A DNA stretch of 64,000 bases from Candidatus Adlerbacteria bacterium (GCA_029288895.1 JARIGK010000003.1:13868-77867), one strand, 5' to 3'; positions 1 through 13,631 are shown, counted from the first letter of the stretch. Notes: generated from the letters alone by a model not told the origin. Translations and numbers: made by a program.

Positions 1-663
1 GCTGCCGTTGTCGATGCGCTCTTGAATGACAGGCTCGGAGAGAAGCTGGCCATCGAGAAAGATAGCAAGCTGGCGGCCAACGTTGGCGTCTGTAATCTGG
101 CTAAAAAGTTTAGTACCTTCTGCATTGAAGTTAACGAGCACGGCAGGCTTCTGGAGGCTATTTGAGCCGTTGCCAAACTGGAGCTGTGCGTTCGAGAGAT
201 ATTTGCCGGTGAGGCCTGTGTCCGTGTATGACTCAACCGGAACAGTTTTGCCATCATTTGTTGTCGCATCACCCGACTGTACCAACTTAAATTCCAAAGT
301 CGGTGTTTGGCCGATCATCGCGATTGCCTGGTTTACATCAGTGACACCTGGAAGTTCAACTACCAAGCGGTAGCTGCCGTTGCCCAAGGCACCGGACTGT
401 TCTGTCTGGACGACTGGTTCACCCACACCAAAAGCATTAACGCGGCGTTCGATCACCTGCTGCAACGCGTTCATCGCATCGGCAATTTCACCCGCCTGCA
501 CTTTGCTCGTGTCGGCGTTGTAGACCAGGTGCGTACCGCCCGAAAGGTCGAGGCCCAACTTAAACGCGAACCGGCTCGAAGGAGCGTTCGTCTTCCATAC
601 AAAAAAACCCACTGCTGCCGCGACAATCAATACGAGCACGGCGGTATAGCGCAATTTAAACAT
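1..663 (-). CDS. secD: Protein translocase subunit SecD (5' part, runs off the window)
   Basis: Manual translation from ATG 663: MFKLRYTAVLVLIVAAAVGFFVWK...FKLGLDLSGGTHLVY, the SecD LGLDLxGG motif; not in the ORF track. Confidence 0.93.
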   Translation of the reverse strand, partial: MFKLRYTAVLVLIVAAAVGFFVWKTNAPSSRFAFKLGLDLSGGTHLVYNADTSKVQAGEIADAMNALQQVIERRVNAFGVGEPVVQTEQSGALGNGSYRLVVELPGVTDVNQAIAMIGQTPTLEFKLVQSGDATTNDGKTVPVESYTDTGLTGKYLSNAQLQFGNGSNSLQKPAVLVNFNAEGTKLFSQITDANVGRQLAIFLDGQLLSEPVIQERIDNGS

Positions 664-717
664 GCGGAAACAATAGCAGAGTTAGGGCCTGTTTCAAAGG
701 GTTGACAAGGCTTTATT

Positions 718-1461
718 TTATTTCCCTTTTGCGAGTGTGAGGAGATTTTTGAAAATCATAGCGACCGCTATTGGACCGATGCCGCCGGGCACTGGGGTAA
801 AGACAGATGCGACTTCAGCGCACTCTGGCACCGCATCGCCGGCCAACTTGCCCGCTGCTTCTGATGTACCTGCGTCGATAAGCACCACACCCTCTTTAAG
901 CATGTGTGGCTGCACGAGCCCTGGCTCGCCTGCACCAAGCACGACAATATCTGCCTCTTTTACATCATCGAGAGAGCCTTCGTTTTTTGTGACAACAGAC
1001 ACATTCGCACCCACATCACGCAACAACTCTGCCACAGGTGCGCCAACAAGTTTGCCTGCGCCCACAACCACCGCGCGCTTCCCTCTCGCAGCCACATTAT
1101 TTCGCACAAAAATTTCAGAGACCGCTTCGGCTACCGGCGCACGCACTATCGTTTGCGACTCATTGATTGCATCAACATCTTTTTCTGCCGGGATCATCGA
1201 CAGCCACTGCTCAGAATTGGGTATCGGGAGTTGGACGATAATGCCATCGCAGGCAAGCGCGTGCACAAAGTCAGCGGGCGTAAAACGCTTTACTTCAATA
1301 TGTAAACGCGCTGCAACGCGCGACTTTATTTTTATAAACGACTCTGTCGCAGCGTCTTCGCCTTCGGAAATCACTGCAAGCGACAAATGCCCAAAATTCT
1401 TCCGCTCTTCTTCAAGCGCAGCAATAATCTCTTCTGCTATGTTCTTTCCATCTACAATCAT
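718..1461 (-). CDS. folD: Bifunctional methylenetetrahydrofolate dehydrogenase/cyclohydrolase, short form
   Basis: MIVDGK, GIIVQLP, EKDVD, VVVGAGKLVGAP, TPVPGGIGP motifs. Confidence 0.9.
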   Translation of the reverse strand: MIVDGKNIAEEIIAALEEERKNFGHLSLAVISEGEDAATESFIKIKSRVAARLHIEVKRFTPADFVHALACDGIIVQLPIPNSEQWLSMIPAEKDVDAINESQTIVRAPVAEAVSEIFVRNNVAARGKRAVVVGAGKLVGAPVAELLRDVGANVSVVTKNEGSLDDVKEADIVVLGAGEPGLVQPHMLKEGVVLIDAGTSEAAGKLAGDAVPECAEVASVFTPVPGGIGPIAVAMIFKNLLTLAKGK

Positions 1462-1468
1462 CAGCTAT

Positions 1469-2548
1469 TTAGTTTTTATGGCGGAGCAATTCTTTTGGCA
1501 CGTACTGCTCGTACTCGCCATTGGTGTAGTAAAAGGCGTCAAACGATGACGGGCCGTACTGGAAGCCGTATTCGCGTGTGAGTTTTGAGCCATCAACAGC
1601 AATTGGGTAGGAATAGCTCTTCCAACCACCCTTTGATGTTGGGACGCGGCCGCGCGTGCCATGCCACATGATAAAGAAGACAAAGCGGATAAGTTGAGGG
1701 TGCACGTAGAGAATTTTCTTGCCCACGGCCTTCGCCATCTCGGGCGGGCGCACAACGGCACCCGGCGGGCAGATATTAAACGCGTCGTACTTTTTCTTGA
1801 GTGGCGAAAATGCCAAAAGCTCGACGATGCGCACAACATCATCTTCGTGGATAAACTGGCGGAGCCACGTATGCGTCGCGGGCACAAACTTCGTCATAAG
1901 GGACACCAGGCGGTGCACAAACGATTCTTTAAGTTGGCCCGACAATGCTGCCTGCAAGCCAAAGCGGATGCGCATGTAACGGCCGCGAGGTCCAGTAATA
2001 GCCGCCGGACGCACAATCGCAACTTCTATCTCGTGCCCCGCTTCTTTTGCTACGGCGTACTTCTCTTCCAGATGCTGTTCAACGATGCGTTTTTCTTCTG
2101 CATACAAATAGTCGCTTTTGCGAAAGCCCTCTTCTTCTTTATAGAAATGGTCGACAGAATTGTCTTTGCGTGCGCCGTACGAGGCAACAGTCGAAAAGTG
2201 CACCAAGCGTTTTACAAAGCTGTGCGAAAAGCAAAAATCAAAGACGCGATCGGAGCCGTCGACGTTCCACTGCCACTGCAAATGTTTCTTTCCGTACATC
2301 TCGCGGATCTGCCACGCCGCATGGATGACGATATCGGGCTGGTGCGACAGCGCTTCCTCTTCCCACCCATCGTTATCGGACAAGTTTGTATGTATATAGA
2401 CAAGCTTGGGCTCGTCTTTGATGAGGTCTGGGAGCGGCTCTTTGTCGATGCCTATGATTTTTGCCACATCCTCGCGCGCAGCAAAACGGCGCACCAACAT
2501 TTGGCCAACATATCCGCCCGCACCGGTAATAAGGACTGTGTGTTGCAT
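1469..2548 (-). CDS. NAD-dependent epimerase/dehydratase (extended SDR)
   Basis: TGAGGYVG Rossmann motif, ST..YG, YxxxK (YAEEK), FIHEDD. Confidence 0.88.
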   Translation of the reverse strand: MQHTVLITGAGGYVGQMLVRRFAAREDVAKIIGIDKEPLPDLIKDEPKLVYIHTNLSDNDGWEEEALSHQPDIVIHAAWQIREMYGKKHLQWQWNVDGSDRVFDFCFSHSFVKRLVHFSTVASYGARKDNSVDHFYKEEEGFRKSDYLYAEEKRIVEQHLEEKYAVAKEAGHEIEVAIVRPAAITGPRGRYMRIRFGLQAALSGQLKESFVHRLVSLMTKFVPATHTWLRQFIHEDDVVRIVELLAFSPLKKKYDAFNICPPGAVVRPPEMAKAVGKKILYVHPQLIRFVFFIMWHGTRGRVPTSKGGWKSYSYPIAVDGSKLTREYGFQYGPSSFDAFYYTNGEYEQYVPKELLRHKN

Positions 2549-2557
2549 AGAGTTACT

Positions 2558-3931
2558 CTACCAAGAACTCACGCGGAACAACATTCGTTTCACTGTTTTA
2601 AGTGCAATCACTAAATCAAGCGCTAACGAGCGGTGTTTGATGTAGTAAAAGTCATACGCCAAACGCACCTTCGTTTCTTCGACAGACTGTGGCGAAAGTT
2701 GGCCTTGTTCGTACTGTTGGTTTATTTGCGCCCAGCCGGTGATGCCTGGCTTTACGACATAGCGCACGCCGTAGTACGGGATCTCTTGTGCCAAGCGCGC
2801 GCCCAGGCCTTCGATATCGTTGCGGGGCCCGATGAGCGACAACTCGCCCTTCAAGATATTCAAAAACTGAGGGAACTCATCGAGCGAGGTAGTGCGCAAG
2901 ATATTGCCTACGCGAGTAACGGTATTTACTTTGTTTTCCCCCACCCATTCTTTGGATGCCGAGTTATTAAAGCGCATGCTGCGGAATTTGTATGCTTTCA
3001 TGCGCGTGCCATCTTGCCCCAAGCGCTCTTGCGCGATAAATAATGCTCCTGGGCCTTCAAACTGGAGTGCGATCCACACAAACGGCGCTGCAATAATGGT
3101 GACGATACCCATCAAGACACCGCCCACAATGTCGAGCACGCGTTTTGAAAACGCGTACATGCTCGCGCGCGGCGGCTCGATGTTTTTAAGAAACCAGTCG
3201 TAGCGCAGAAGCGACAGAGGCACACGGTCGAAGACTTCTTCATAGACGCGATAAAAGTCAGCGTATTGGAAGCGGCGCTCCAACACACACAACCGATAGA
3301 TTGCGGGCAAGAACAAACGCGACGCTTCGTTGTCTGCATCCACAACAACAAGGCTCACTTTCGATTCTGTGAGTTCGCGCACAAGCGCATCAACATGCCC
3401 TGCGCCAACTTCGACCGGGCTTTTGACGAGTGTAAATTCCAAGTGGTAGCGCGGGTTTTGATTGACTTCGCGCACCAAATCTTCTACTTCAGGGCCCGAG
3501 CCAATAAGCGCTGCACGTTCGCGCTTTAAGGGTTTGGTAAACCGCGGGAAGATCCACAACCGCCATGCAAAAATGCCAACAAGCGATATGCCGAGGTAAA
3601 TGATGAGGCTTGTCTTTGGCGCGATGCCAATTTCGGGCAACAAGAAGAAGAGGAGCGCGGCAAGCGCAATGTTAAATATTTGCGTGCGGAACAAGACTTG
3701 CGGCAGTTGGCTGCGGAACAGGAGCACGCGCTTGCCGTAGAGGCCCGCCATATAAAAGACGAGCAACCAGACAGCGAACAAAAAGCCAAAAGCGCCGAAG
3801 TAGGCTTCTCTAATTTCTTCGGCCGGCAAACCGCCGTAGCGGGCAAGAAGTGTCAGCCATAGCGAAAGGCAAAAGACGCCTAGGTCCCCAAAAAAAAGCA
3901 GCACGAGGGCATATCTCCTACCAAATGTCAT
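2558..3931 (-). CDS. Polyprenyl-phosphate sugar phosphotransferase (WcaJ/WbaP-like)
   Basis: N-terminal TM helices; KFRSM, LDEFPQ, GPR, KPGITGWAQIN; start 3931 chosen from the upstream TANNNT box (alternative 3949). Confidence 0.92.
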   Translation of the reverse strand: MTFGRRYALVLLFFGDLGVFCLSLWLTLLARYGGLPAEEIREAYFGAFGFLFAVWLLVFYMAGLYGKRVLLFRSQLPQVLFRTQIFNIALAALLFFLLPEIGIAPKTSLIIYLGISLVGIFAWRLWIFPRFTKPLKRERAALIGSGPEVEDLVREVNQNPRYHLEFTLVKSPVEVGAGHVDALVRELTESKVSLVVVDADNEASRLFLPAIYRLCVLERRFQYADFYRVYEEVFDRVPLSLLRYDWFLKNIEPPRASMYAFSKRVLDIVGGVLMGIVTIIAAPFVWIALQFEGPGALFIAQERLGQDGTRMKAYKFRSMRFNNSASKEWVGENKVNTVTRVGNILRTTSLDEFPQFLNILKGELSLIGPRNDIEGLGARLAQEIPYYGVRYVVKPGITGWAQINQQYEQGQLSPQSVEETKVRLAYDFYYIKHRSLALDLVIALKTVKRMLFRVSSW

Positions 3932-3996
3932 TGTGGTACCGTATATCATATAACCTATAAAGGTTTACGCTAGTTTCAATAGGAATACCCCAAACC

Positions 3997-4965
3997 ATGA
4001 AGATTTTGTATGTAGTGACCAAGGCCAATTGGGGCGGCGCGCAGCGCTATGTCTTCGACTTGGCCACAGCTGCCAAAGCCCACGGAATGGACGTCGCTGT
4101 AGCATTTGGCGGAACCGGACTCTTGGAAGAAAAGCTGCGTGCAGAAAATATCCGCACTATTTCTCTACCTATAGAAAACAGAGCATCACTCAGTGCAGTT
4201 CTTACAACGAAAAAAATTATTGAGAACCTACTCAAAGAAGAGAAGCCGAATATTGTACACCTCAACAGCTCAATAGTCGGAATTGGCGGCGCATGGGCGG
4301 CGGACGCATGTGGTATTAAAAAAGTTATTTTTACCGACCACGGATGGGCGTTTAAAGAAGCGCGTTCCCTGTTCCAGAAAATCGCGATCTGGATGTTATC
4401 ATGGGTCACCGTGTTGTTGTCCGACAAGGTTATTGTTGTGTCGAATGACGAACTGCGACTCACCCAACAGATGCCATTTGCAGGCAAGAAAGCAGTCCGC
4501 ATCTATAACGGCATTGATTTGAATATGCACTTTGGTTCGGGCCAGATAATCCGCGACGCTTTCCCTGCTGGCGTTCCCATCACTGGCACTGTCGGCGAAG
4601 CAAACAAAAACAAAAATTGGATAGCACTTATCGAACAAGCAAGAAAAGATTCTTCGATGTATGTTGCGCTCGTTGGACCAGATAGCGGTTTACAATCAGA
4701 GCTCGAACAAAAAATTAAAGAATATGGGTTAGAAGCCCGAGTCAAACTTTTCGGTTATCAACCAGTAGTAGATGTTATGAAAGGATTCGACGTCTTCGCC
4801 CTTCCTTCTATTAAAGAATCGCTCGGCTACGTTATTTTAGAAGCCCGCGCTGCCGGCCTCCCTATCGTCGCAAACCGCGTTGGCGGCATACCCGAAGCAA
4901 TGGACAAACCTCTCTCAGAATTTAGCAAAGAGAAGATGATTGAGCAGACGCTCGCGCTGTACTAG
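3997..4965 (+). CDS. Glycosyltransferase family 4
   Basis: GGAQRY, HLNSS, IYNGID, ESLGYVILEA, GGIPE. Confidence 0.9.
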   Translation: MKILYVVTKANWGGAQRYVFDLATAAKAHGMDVAVAFGGTGLLEEKLRAENIRTISLPIENRASLSAVLTTKKIIENLLKEEKPNIVHLNSSIVGIGGAWAADACGIKKVIFTDHGWAFKEARSLFQKIAIWMLSWVTVLLSDKVIVVSNDELRLTQQMPFAGKKAVRIYNGIDLNMHFGSGQIIRDAFPAGVPITGTVGEANKNKNWIALIEQARKDSSMYVALVGPDSGLQSELEQKIKEYGLEARVKLFGYQPVVDVMKGFDVFALPSIKESLGYVILEARAAGLPIVANRVGGIPEAMDKPLSEFSKEKMIEQTLALY

Positions 4966-6107
4966 CGGTCGTAGCCGCCGCTAAATTCGCGGTCGAGCAT
5001 GTCGCGGTGCGCCGCGCGCGCGTAGCGGTTCATCCCCGAAACCATACCAAGCGCTAAGAACTCGGCCAAGATGTGTGTGCCGCCATAGCTCATAAACGGA
5101 ATGGTGGTGCCCGTCACCGGCAAGATGCCCATGTTGATGCCCGCGTGCAAGGTAAAGTGTGCGCCCAAGTAGCACAGCACACCAAGCGCAAATAATGTTT
5201 CGAAGTTGGATGCGCCGCGCGAGGCAGACAGAATAATGCGCCAGAAGATTGCACCATACAGTGCAAACACTATCAAAAGACCGACGAACCCCCATTCTTC
5301 GGCAAACGCGGCGAAGATAAAGTCGGTTTGATATTCTGGCAAAAAGCGGAGTTTGCTTTGCGTGCCGTAGCCGATGCCTTTGCCCACCCATTGCCCCGAG
5401 CCCACCGCCACCATCGACTGATAGGCGTTGTAACCCGAACCGTGGATATCGTGCGCGGGGTTTACGAAGTTTATGATGCGCTTCTTTTGATAGTCATGGA
5501 AGCCAAAGAGCCACAGCGCGCCAAACAGCACCATCCCTAACATAACCACGGTCGCGACATGTTTTTTTGAAATGCCAGAGAAAAACACCATGCCAAACCA
5601 TATAAGAAAGATGATGATAGCGCCGCCGAAATCTGGCTGTAGTGCCACAAGCGCAAACACCACAAACGCGTAGAGGCCCGACACAATAATATGGCGGATG
5701 TTATGTATCTCGGTATGGCGGCGCGAGAAATATTTTGCTAGCAAAATAATGAGCGCCAGCTTTACAAACTCGACCGGCTCGATGCCAAGCCCACCGACAG
5801 AAAGCCAGCTACGCGCACCCTTCACCGCCTGACCGAGCCCCAACAAAAACAACAATGGAATAATGAGTACGCCGAAGATCCCTGCTGCGACGCCGCTCCT
5901 GCGTAAAAAACGCCAGTCAATAAATGATGCGCCGAAAAAAACTACAACGCCGGCAATGAGCCAGATAATCTGGCGTACGAATAGAGGGTCTTGGCCGGTG
6001 AAGGAATCCATTGTCAAAAGCCCCAAGCACGAAAGTGCCAAGGCAGACGAAAAGGCAATCCAATCGACCGCGCCCGTTTTCTTTGTAACGAGAGAAAAGA
6101 AAGACAT
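4962..6107 (-). CDS. rodA: SEDS peptidoglycan polymerase RodA
   Basis: GARSW, EPVEFVK, QPDFG, LPEYQTDFIF, PFMSYGG. Confidence 0.88.
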   Translation of the reverse strand: MSFFSLVTKKTGAVDWIAFSSALALSCLGLLTMDSFTGQDPLFVRQIIWLIAGVVVFFGASFIDWRFLRRSGVAAGIFGVLIIPLLFLLGLGQAVKGARSWLSVGGLGIEPVEFVKLALIILLAKYFSRRHTEIHNIRHIIVSGLYAFVVFALVALQPDFGGAIIIFLIWFGMVFFSGISKKHVATVVMLGMVLFGALWLFGFHDYQKKRIINFVNPAHDIHGSGYNAYQSMVAVGSGQWVGKGIGYGTQSKLRFLPEYQTDFIFAAFAEEWGFVGLLIVFALYGAIFWRIILSASRGASNFETLFALGVLCYLGAHFTLHAGINMGILPVTGTTIPFMSYGGTHILAEFLALGMVSGMNRYARAAHRDMLDREFSGGYDR

Positions 6108-6119
6108 AGGTAAGAAGTT

Positions 6120-6899
6120 CTAGAAGGACGGAAGTACAGTAATTTCGGCACGCACAACACCCGGCACACCCCCGCCCCAGGTAAAAGTCACCTGCTTTTG
6201 TGATTTGTGCGGGAGCGATGCGATAAGGCTTTTTGACGCTGCGAGCGCTACACCGTTTGCATCAAAGAGCACGGCTGCGATGGTTACATTTTTTGCATCT
6301 TGGATGGTGTTGTTTTCAAGCTGGAGCGAAAGGCTCGAACCGTCCGCAGCCAACACTTGGTCTGCCACCTGCATGCGCGGGATAGCGTTTTGCGCGACAC
6401 GTTCCCACACCGGCAAATTCGAAAATGCAAAGAGCGTGCGGGCGACAACGCGACTACCGGTTGGAATGTTAGGCTCGACGATTGCGATTGTCTGCAGCGG
6501 CGGCAGGTCCATGACACCGTCGCGCTCGATGATCAAATGGTTATCTGCATCAAAGAGTTGGAACGAGTACGCAGCGCTGTGTGCGCCAGCGCCCGTGTTT
6601 GGGTTTTGGATGTAGGCCGCTGCAGTGTAGGTACTTGCTTGCCCTGAGCTTGTCGAAGCGGGTGATGTCAAAAACGAGCGGGCCCACGAGACGCTTGGCT
6701 GCCCCGCTTGATTGGTACAGATAAGCGCACAGGTACCACCGCAGTCGACGCCACTTTCGCCGCCGTTTTGTTTATTGTCGAAACAGGTTGCAGGGGCAGA
6801 GAAAAATGTGGTGTATGCGAACCACAAAACTATAAGAATAATAACGACAACCACTGCCGTATACGTAAATTTCCGCCGCTCTCCCCAGGACAATGCCAT
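6120..6899 (-). CDS. Membrane-anchored hypothetical protein with a Cys-rich motif
   Basis: One N-terminal TM helix, CFDNKQNGGESGVDCGGTC, then beta-rich domains. Confidence 0.75.
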   Translation of the reverse strand: MALSWGERRKFTYTAVVVVIILIVLWFAYTTFFSAPATCFDNKQNGGESGVDCGGTCALICTNQAGQPSVSWARSFLTSPASTSSGQASTYTAAAYIQNPNTGAGAHSAAYSFQLFDADNHLIIERDGVMDLPPLQTIAIVEPNIPTGSRVVARTLFAFSNLPVWERVAQNAIPRMQVADQVLAADGSSLSLQLENNTIQDAKNVTIAAVLFDANGVALAASKSLIASLPHKSQKQVTFTWGGGVPGVVRAEITVLPSF

Positions 6900-6960
6900 G
6901 CCCTTATCCTACCAAAGAAAAAAGCCCGCCGACAAAAGCCGGACGGACCTTTCTAACACA

Positions 6961-7395
6961 TCATGGGGCGTCGAGAGGGATTCCATGCTCTGCATGCATC
7001 GTCTCAACCGTGAACTTCTCCTCCGTGCCGTCGATCGAATTGACGCAGATGAGTTCGGTTGTAAAGCTGACAGCCTTGCCTTGCCTGGCACGCCTCCGCA
7101 TCGCAGGCAAACAGCGCTCTTCACAGCAGTGAAGTGTATCTGTCTCATCCTGTTCCCGAGGTTGGCCATAAATAACCATCCACTCCAGGATAAGCCCATG
7201 CTCCTCTGCCTGGAGCATAACCGCCTCCTCAGCACACACGGGGATATCTTCTTCCCGCTGCTTAATGTTTGTTCCTATTAACATCCTGCCTTTCGCATAT
7301 CCCACACACGAAACATGGAAATTCTTGTAGTGGTGCGCACACGCATGCGCTTGTTGTGCGATAGCGACCGCGGTACGTTTTTTTCTTTCAAGCAC
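6961..7395 (-). CDS. Divergent cytidine-deaminase-fold protein
   Basis: HYKNFHVS, GTNIK, CAE and LHCCEERC match the CDA layout; GTG start after GGAGAG. Confidence 0.65.
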   Translation of the reverse strand: MLERKKRTAVAIAQQAHACAHHYKNFHVSCVGYAKGRMLIGTNIKQREEDIPVCAEEAVMLQAEEHGLILEWMVIYGQPREQDETDTLHCCEERCLPAMRRRARQGKAVSFTTELICVNSIDGTEEKFTVETMHAEHGIPLDAP

Positions 7396-7522
7396 TGAAC
7401 TCTCTCCAACTCGAATGTTGAACGATCTAATCAAAATATATAATCTCACTAAATTTCTATTTCGTCAAACGCCAAAAAGCCCTTATCTTAAGGGCTCATT
7501 TTGGAAAGGAGATTGAATACTT

Positions 7523-7641
7523 TGTCCTGGCGACTACCTACTCTCCCCTACTGAAACGTAGAGTACCATCGGCGCACGCGGGCTTAACTTCCGTGTTCGG
7601 AATGAGAACGGGTGTGACCCCACTGCCAAATCACCAAGACA
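7523..7641 (-). rRNA. rrf: 5S rRNA
   Basis: Conserved 5S segments (CCGTTCTCATTCCGAACACGGAAGTTAAGC, GATGGTACT, GAGAGTAGGT) and terminal stem; ends approximate. Confidence 0.95.
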
Positions 7642-7766
7642 AAACATTCAATGCACAGACAAAAAACATAACCTCAATCCCACTTCGCGGGATTTCGCGC
7701 CGTTATGGCGCTCAACAACAAATTATTGCGATTCTCAAGCTGGCCCTTTTCTCCCCCCAATGGAAG

Positions 7767-11070
<3,304 letters not shown>

Positions 11071-11428
11071 CTCTTGTGAGAGAGAAAAGGAAGCTTGAGA
11101 ACCGCAATAATTTGTTGTTCACTCACACGTTGTTACAAGTGTCTAACCTCGTAACCTCATGCGAGATTTTGTGTTTTGTTTTTTGTCATCCTTCTGCAAC
11201 TACAGTCGTTGCATCAGGATATTTTTGTCGTCCACGTACACATCCTCGAAAAGACCCACTTGATATTACTCAAAGCGGTTGTGTCGTGGGATTCGTGATG
11301 TCAAAGTATCTCGCACTCCTCAGATTTTGAATTAAAAAATCCCGCTTCTCGCGGGTCTCCTGGCAACTTCGAAGCTGCCTGCTAGTCCCGCAATTCGCCT
11401 TGATTCGTAGTCAACATCTGTGCGTATC

Positions 11429-11457
11429 AATATATACGAGGGCTCTATATATGTCAA
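11429..11457 (-). promoter_or_regulatory. Sigma70 promoter of the 23S-5S unit
   Basis: TTGACA-17 nt-TATATT. Confidence 0.8.
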
Positions 11458-11522
11458 ACCCGGCCTCCCAAAGCCCCATTTGACCCAAAAAGCCCTTATT
11501 TTCCAAAAGAAAAAGCCGCCTT

Positions 11523-11807
11523 TTAGGACGACTTTGGCATGACATTGTCTGCAGCCAGTTGGGCTCGAAGGGCCATATAGACCATGGTGCCCGCGTAAAA
11601 AATACGGGCTTGTACAGGGAGCGGCTGCGTTTCTGCAAACTTTTCCAGTCGTGAAAAGAGCAGTGGATTCTCGCGCTTCATTACCCCAGTCGAACTCTCC
11701 ATATTCAAAGAGCCACTCTTCAGAAATTCCAAATCACTATCGCTCATCGCTTCGAGCAGAGCGCCGAGCGTTACATCTGTAACAACAGGCAGTTTTTGTT
11801 CTGTCAT
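11523..11807 (-). CDS. Orphan hypothetical protein (94 aa)
   Basis: GGAGG RBS before ATG; hairpins on both sides. Confidence 0.65.
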   Translation of the reverse strand: MTEQKLPVVTDVTLGALLEAMSDSDLEFLKSGSLNMESSTGVMKRENPLLFSRLEKFAETQPLPVQARIFYAGTMVYMALRAQLAADNVMPKSS

Positions 11808-11848
11808 GATGTCCTCCTGCCGCGATACTACATCAACCATTTTGAAAA

Positions 11849-11880
11849 CAAAAGAACTCCCCGCAAAGGGAGTTCTTTTG
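11849..11880 (-). terminator. Intrinsic terminator (bidirectional-type)
   Basis: AAAAGAACTCCC-loop-GGGAGTTCTTTT. Confidence 0.8.
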
Positions 11881-11899
11881 AGAACAGAAGTTCTAGAGA

Positions 11900-12583
11900 T
11901 TACTGGTGCATGCCCTCGCGGGTCTTCTCGATGAAGCGAGCTGCCGCTTCCTGGCCGCCGAGGCCAAATGCGAGACCGAACGAAAGTGCGAGTGCAACAA
12001 CAACGCCAGTGAAGAGCGTCTGGAGAATTCCTTGCGCTACCTGGAGTTGCTCGAGTGCAGCCAAGATTGCGAAGATCCAGATTGCCCACTTTGCGATCGT
12101 GCCTGCGACGCCGGCACCATGGATGCCAGCTGCGCGTGCCGAACCTTTCACTACGCTCTGTGCCAACTCTGCGAGTACGGCACCGACGAGGACAATGAGC
12201 ACTGCGATGATGACGTTAGGGATGAAGCCAACGACAATCGACTGGAGGAAGTAGGTCACTGCGACGAGGCCCAAGACCTGGAGCGACGCCATCAAGAAAA
12301 CCAAGATGACGAACCAGCGGACCAAGGCACCCAAGAACTTACCAGCATTGAGCTGGTAGCCTGCGCGGGTGACGACATCGCCGACACCTGCAGTGCGGAG
12401 CGCGTGGTCAACGCGAAGTGCTTTCACCGCTTCGTTGACCAACCACCCTATCCAGCCAGCCAAGAACCAGCCGATTACAAAAATAATAATTGCGAACAGG
12501 AGGCTCGGAAGGAAATTCACGACATTCCAAAGCAGATTATAGAAAGACTGCTGCAGAACGTAACCCCATTGCTGAACGATCAT
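11900..12583 (-). CDS. CmpX/MscS-type TM-helix repeat membrane protein
   Basis: Repeated FLPSLLFAIIIFVIGW / FIPNVIIAVLIVLVG, and AFGLGG. Confidence 0.8.
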   Translation of the reverse strand: MIVQQWGYVLQQSFYNLLWNVVNFLPSLLFAIIIFVIGWFLAGWIGWLVNEAVKALRVDHALRTAGVGDVVTRAGYQLNAGKFLGALVRWFVILVFLMASLQVLGLVAVTYFLQSIVVGFIPNVIIAVLIVLVGAVLAELAQSVVKGSARAAGIHGAGVAGTIAKWAIWIFAILAALEQLQVAQGILQTLFTGVVVALALSFGLAFGLGGQEAAARFIEKTREGMHQ

Positions 12584-12692
12584 GATAAATAGATGAACGA
12601 ATAATTGTAATAGCCCTGCACTAGTAATTGTAGCCCCCAGGGACCATGCGCAATACCCCATTGTGGGGATAGTAAAAGGCCACCCCGTAAGG

Positions 12693-13271
12693 CTATTTGA
12701 GGCCTATGTCGAGGCGATCCAAAAGGATGGTGTGCGGGTAGTCCAGCACATCGCGTATAAGTTTGTCGTTCAAATTGAGGCGGTAGAAAAAGTCGTTCGT
12801 CGAAAGGAGCGAATAGCGTATTTCTTTGCCAATTTCTGCTTCAAATTTACGGATGTAGTCGCGCAATTTCTTTTCCTTCATGCGATCGCCTACCAAGAGC
12901 ACGTCGAGCGAATTGTCCCAGTCGCTCACAAAGATGCCTGCCAAGATAACCAGCTTGAGTGTGCCGGTGCCGCGCACTTTTTCGACGATTTCTTTGCCGC
13001 GTGCAGGGGCGTTGATAAGCAAGTTCTGCAGTGCGGCCACATATTCAAAATCATTGTTGAGCACATAGCGCACACCCTTGCCGCGCGTCGAGCGCGTAAT
13101 AAGCCCGGCCGCAACAAAGACGCGAAATTCGCGGCGAGTGTCGTCGTCATGTACGCGTGCGCGCTTCGCAGCGTCGGCTAACGTAAACGAAGTTTTTGGG
13201 TTAAACAAAAAGAGGCGCAGGAGTTTGATGCGAGCCGGGCTCCCGAAGAGTTTCTGTAGTCCATCAGTCAT
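12693..13271 (-). CDS. Winged-HTH protein with a nucleotidyltransferase-like C-terminal domain
   Basis: LFGSPARIKLLRLF helix region; LAGIF...LDVLLVGD; start uncertain. Confidence 0.65.
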   Translation of the reverse strand: MTDGLQKLFGSPARIKLLRLFLFNPKTSFTLADAAKRARVHDDDTRREFRVFVAAGLITRSTRGKGVRYVLNNDFEYVAALQNLLINAPARGKEIVEKVRGTGTLKLVILAGIFVSDWDNSLDVLLVGDRMKEKKLRDYIRKFEAEIGKEIRYSLLSTNDFFYRLNLNDKLIRDVLDYPHTILLDRLDIGLK

Positions 13272-13631
13272 ACGGTCAATGCGGTAGTGCATGGCTATTC
13301 TACCCGGCAGGCCCCATGGGTGCAAAGGTGGATAAAAATAAGCCTACTCAAAAGAGTAGGCGGGGACGGGGCGGGGAATGAAGGGGAGACAGGAGGGGGA
13401 ATTGGAGTGGAAGTTGTGAGAAGAACGACGAGGGCGAAGAAAGTGAAAGAAAGAATGGGAAGAAATGAGAAAGAAGAAAGTAGCGAAGAGTACGGTACAG
13501 AGTGGGTTGCAAAGCCAGTCTGTAGAAATGTCCGTACGGTCGCTCTTTGATCTATTTCAAGATTGCCCGGTCCATCTATAAAAACTCGCCTCGAAGAGAA
13601 AAGGTTTCTCTCCCCTAACCTCCCCAGATAG

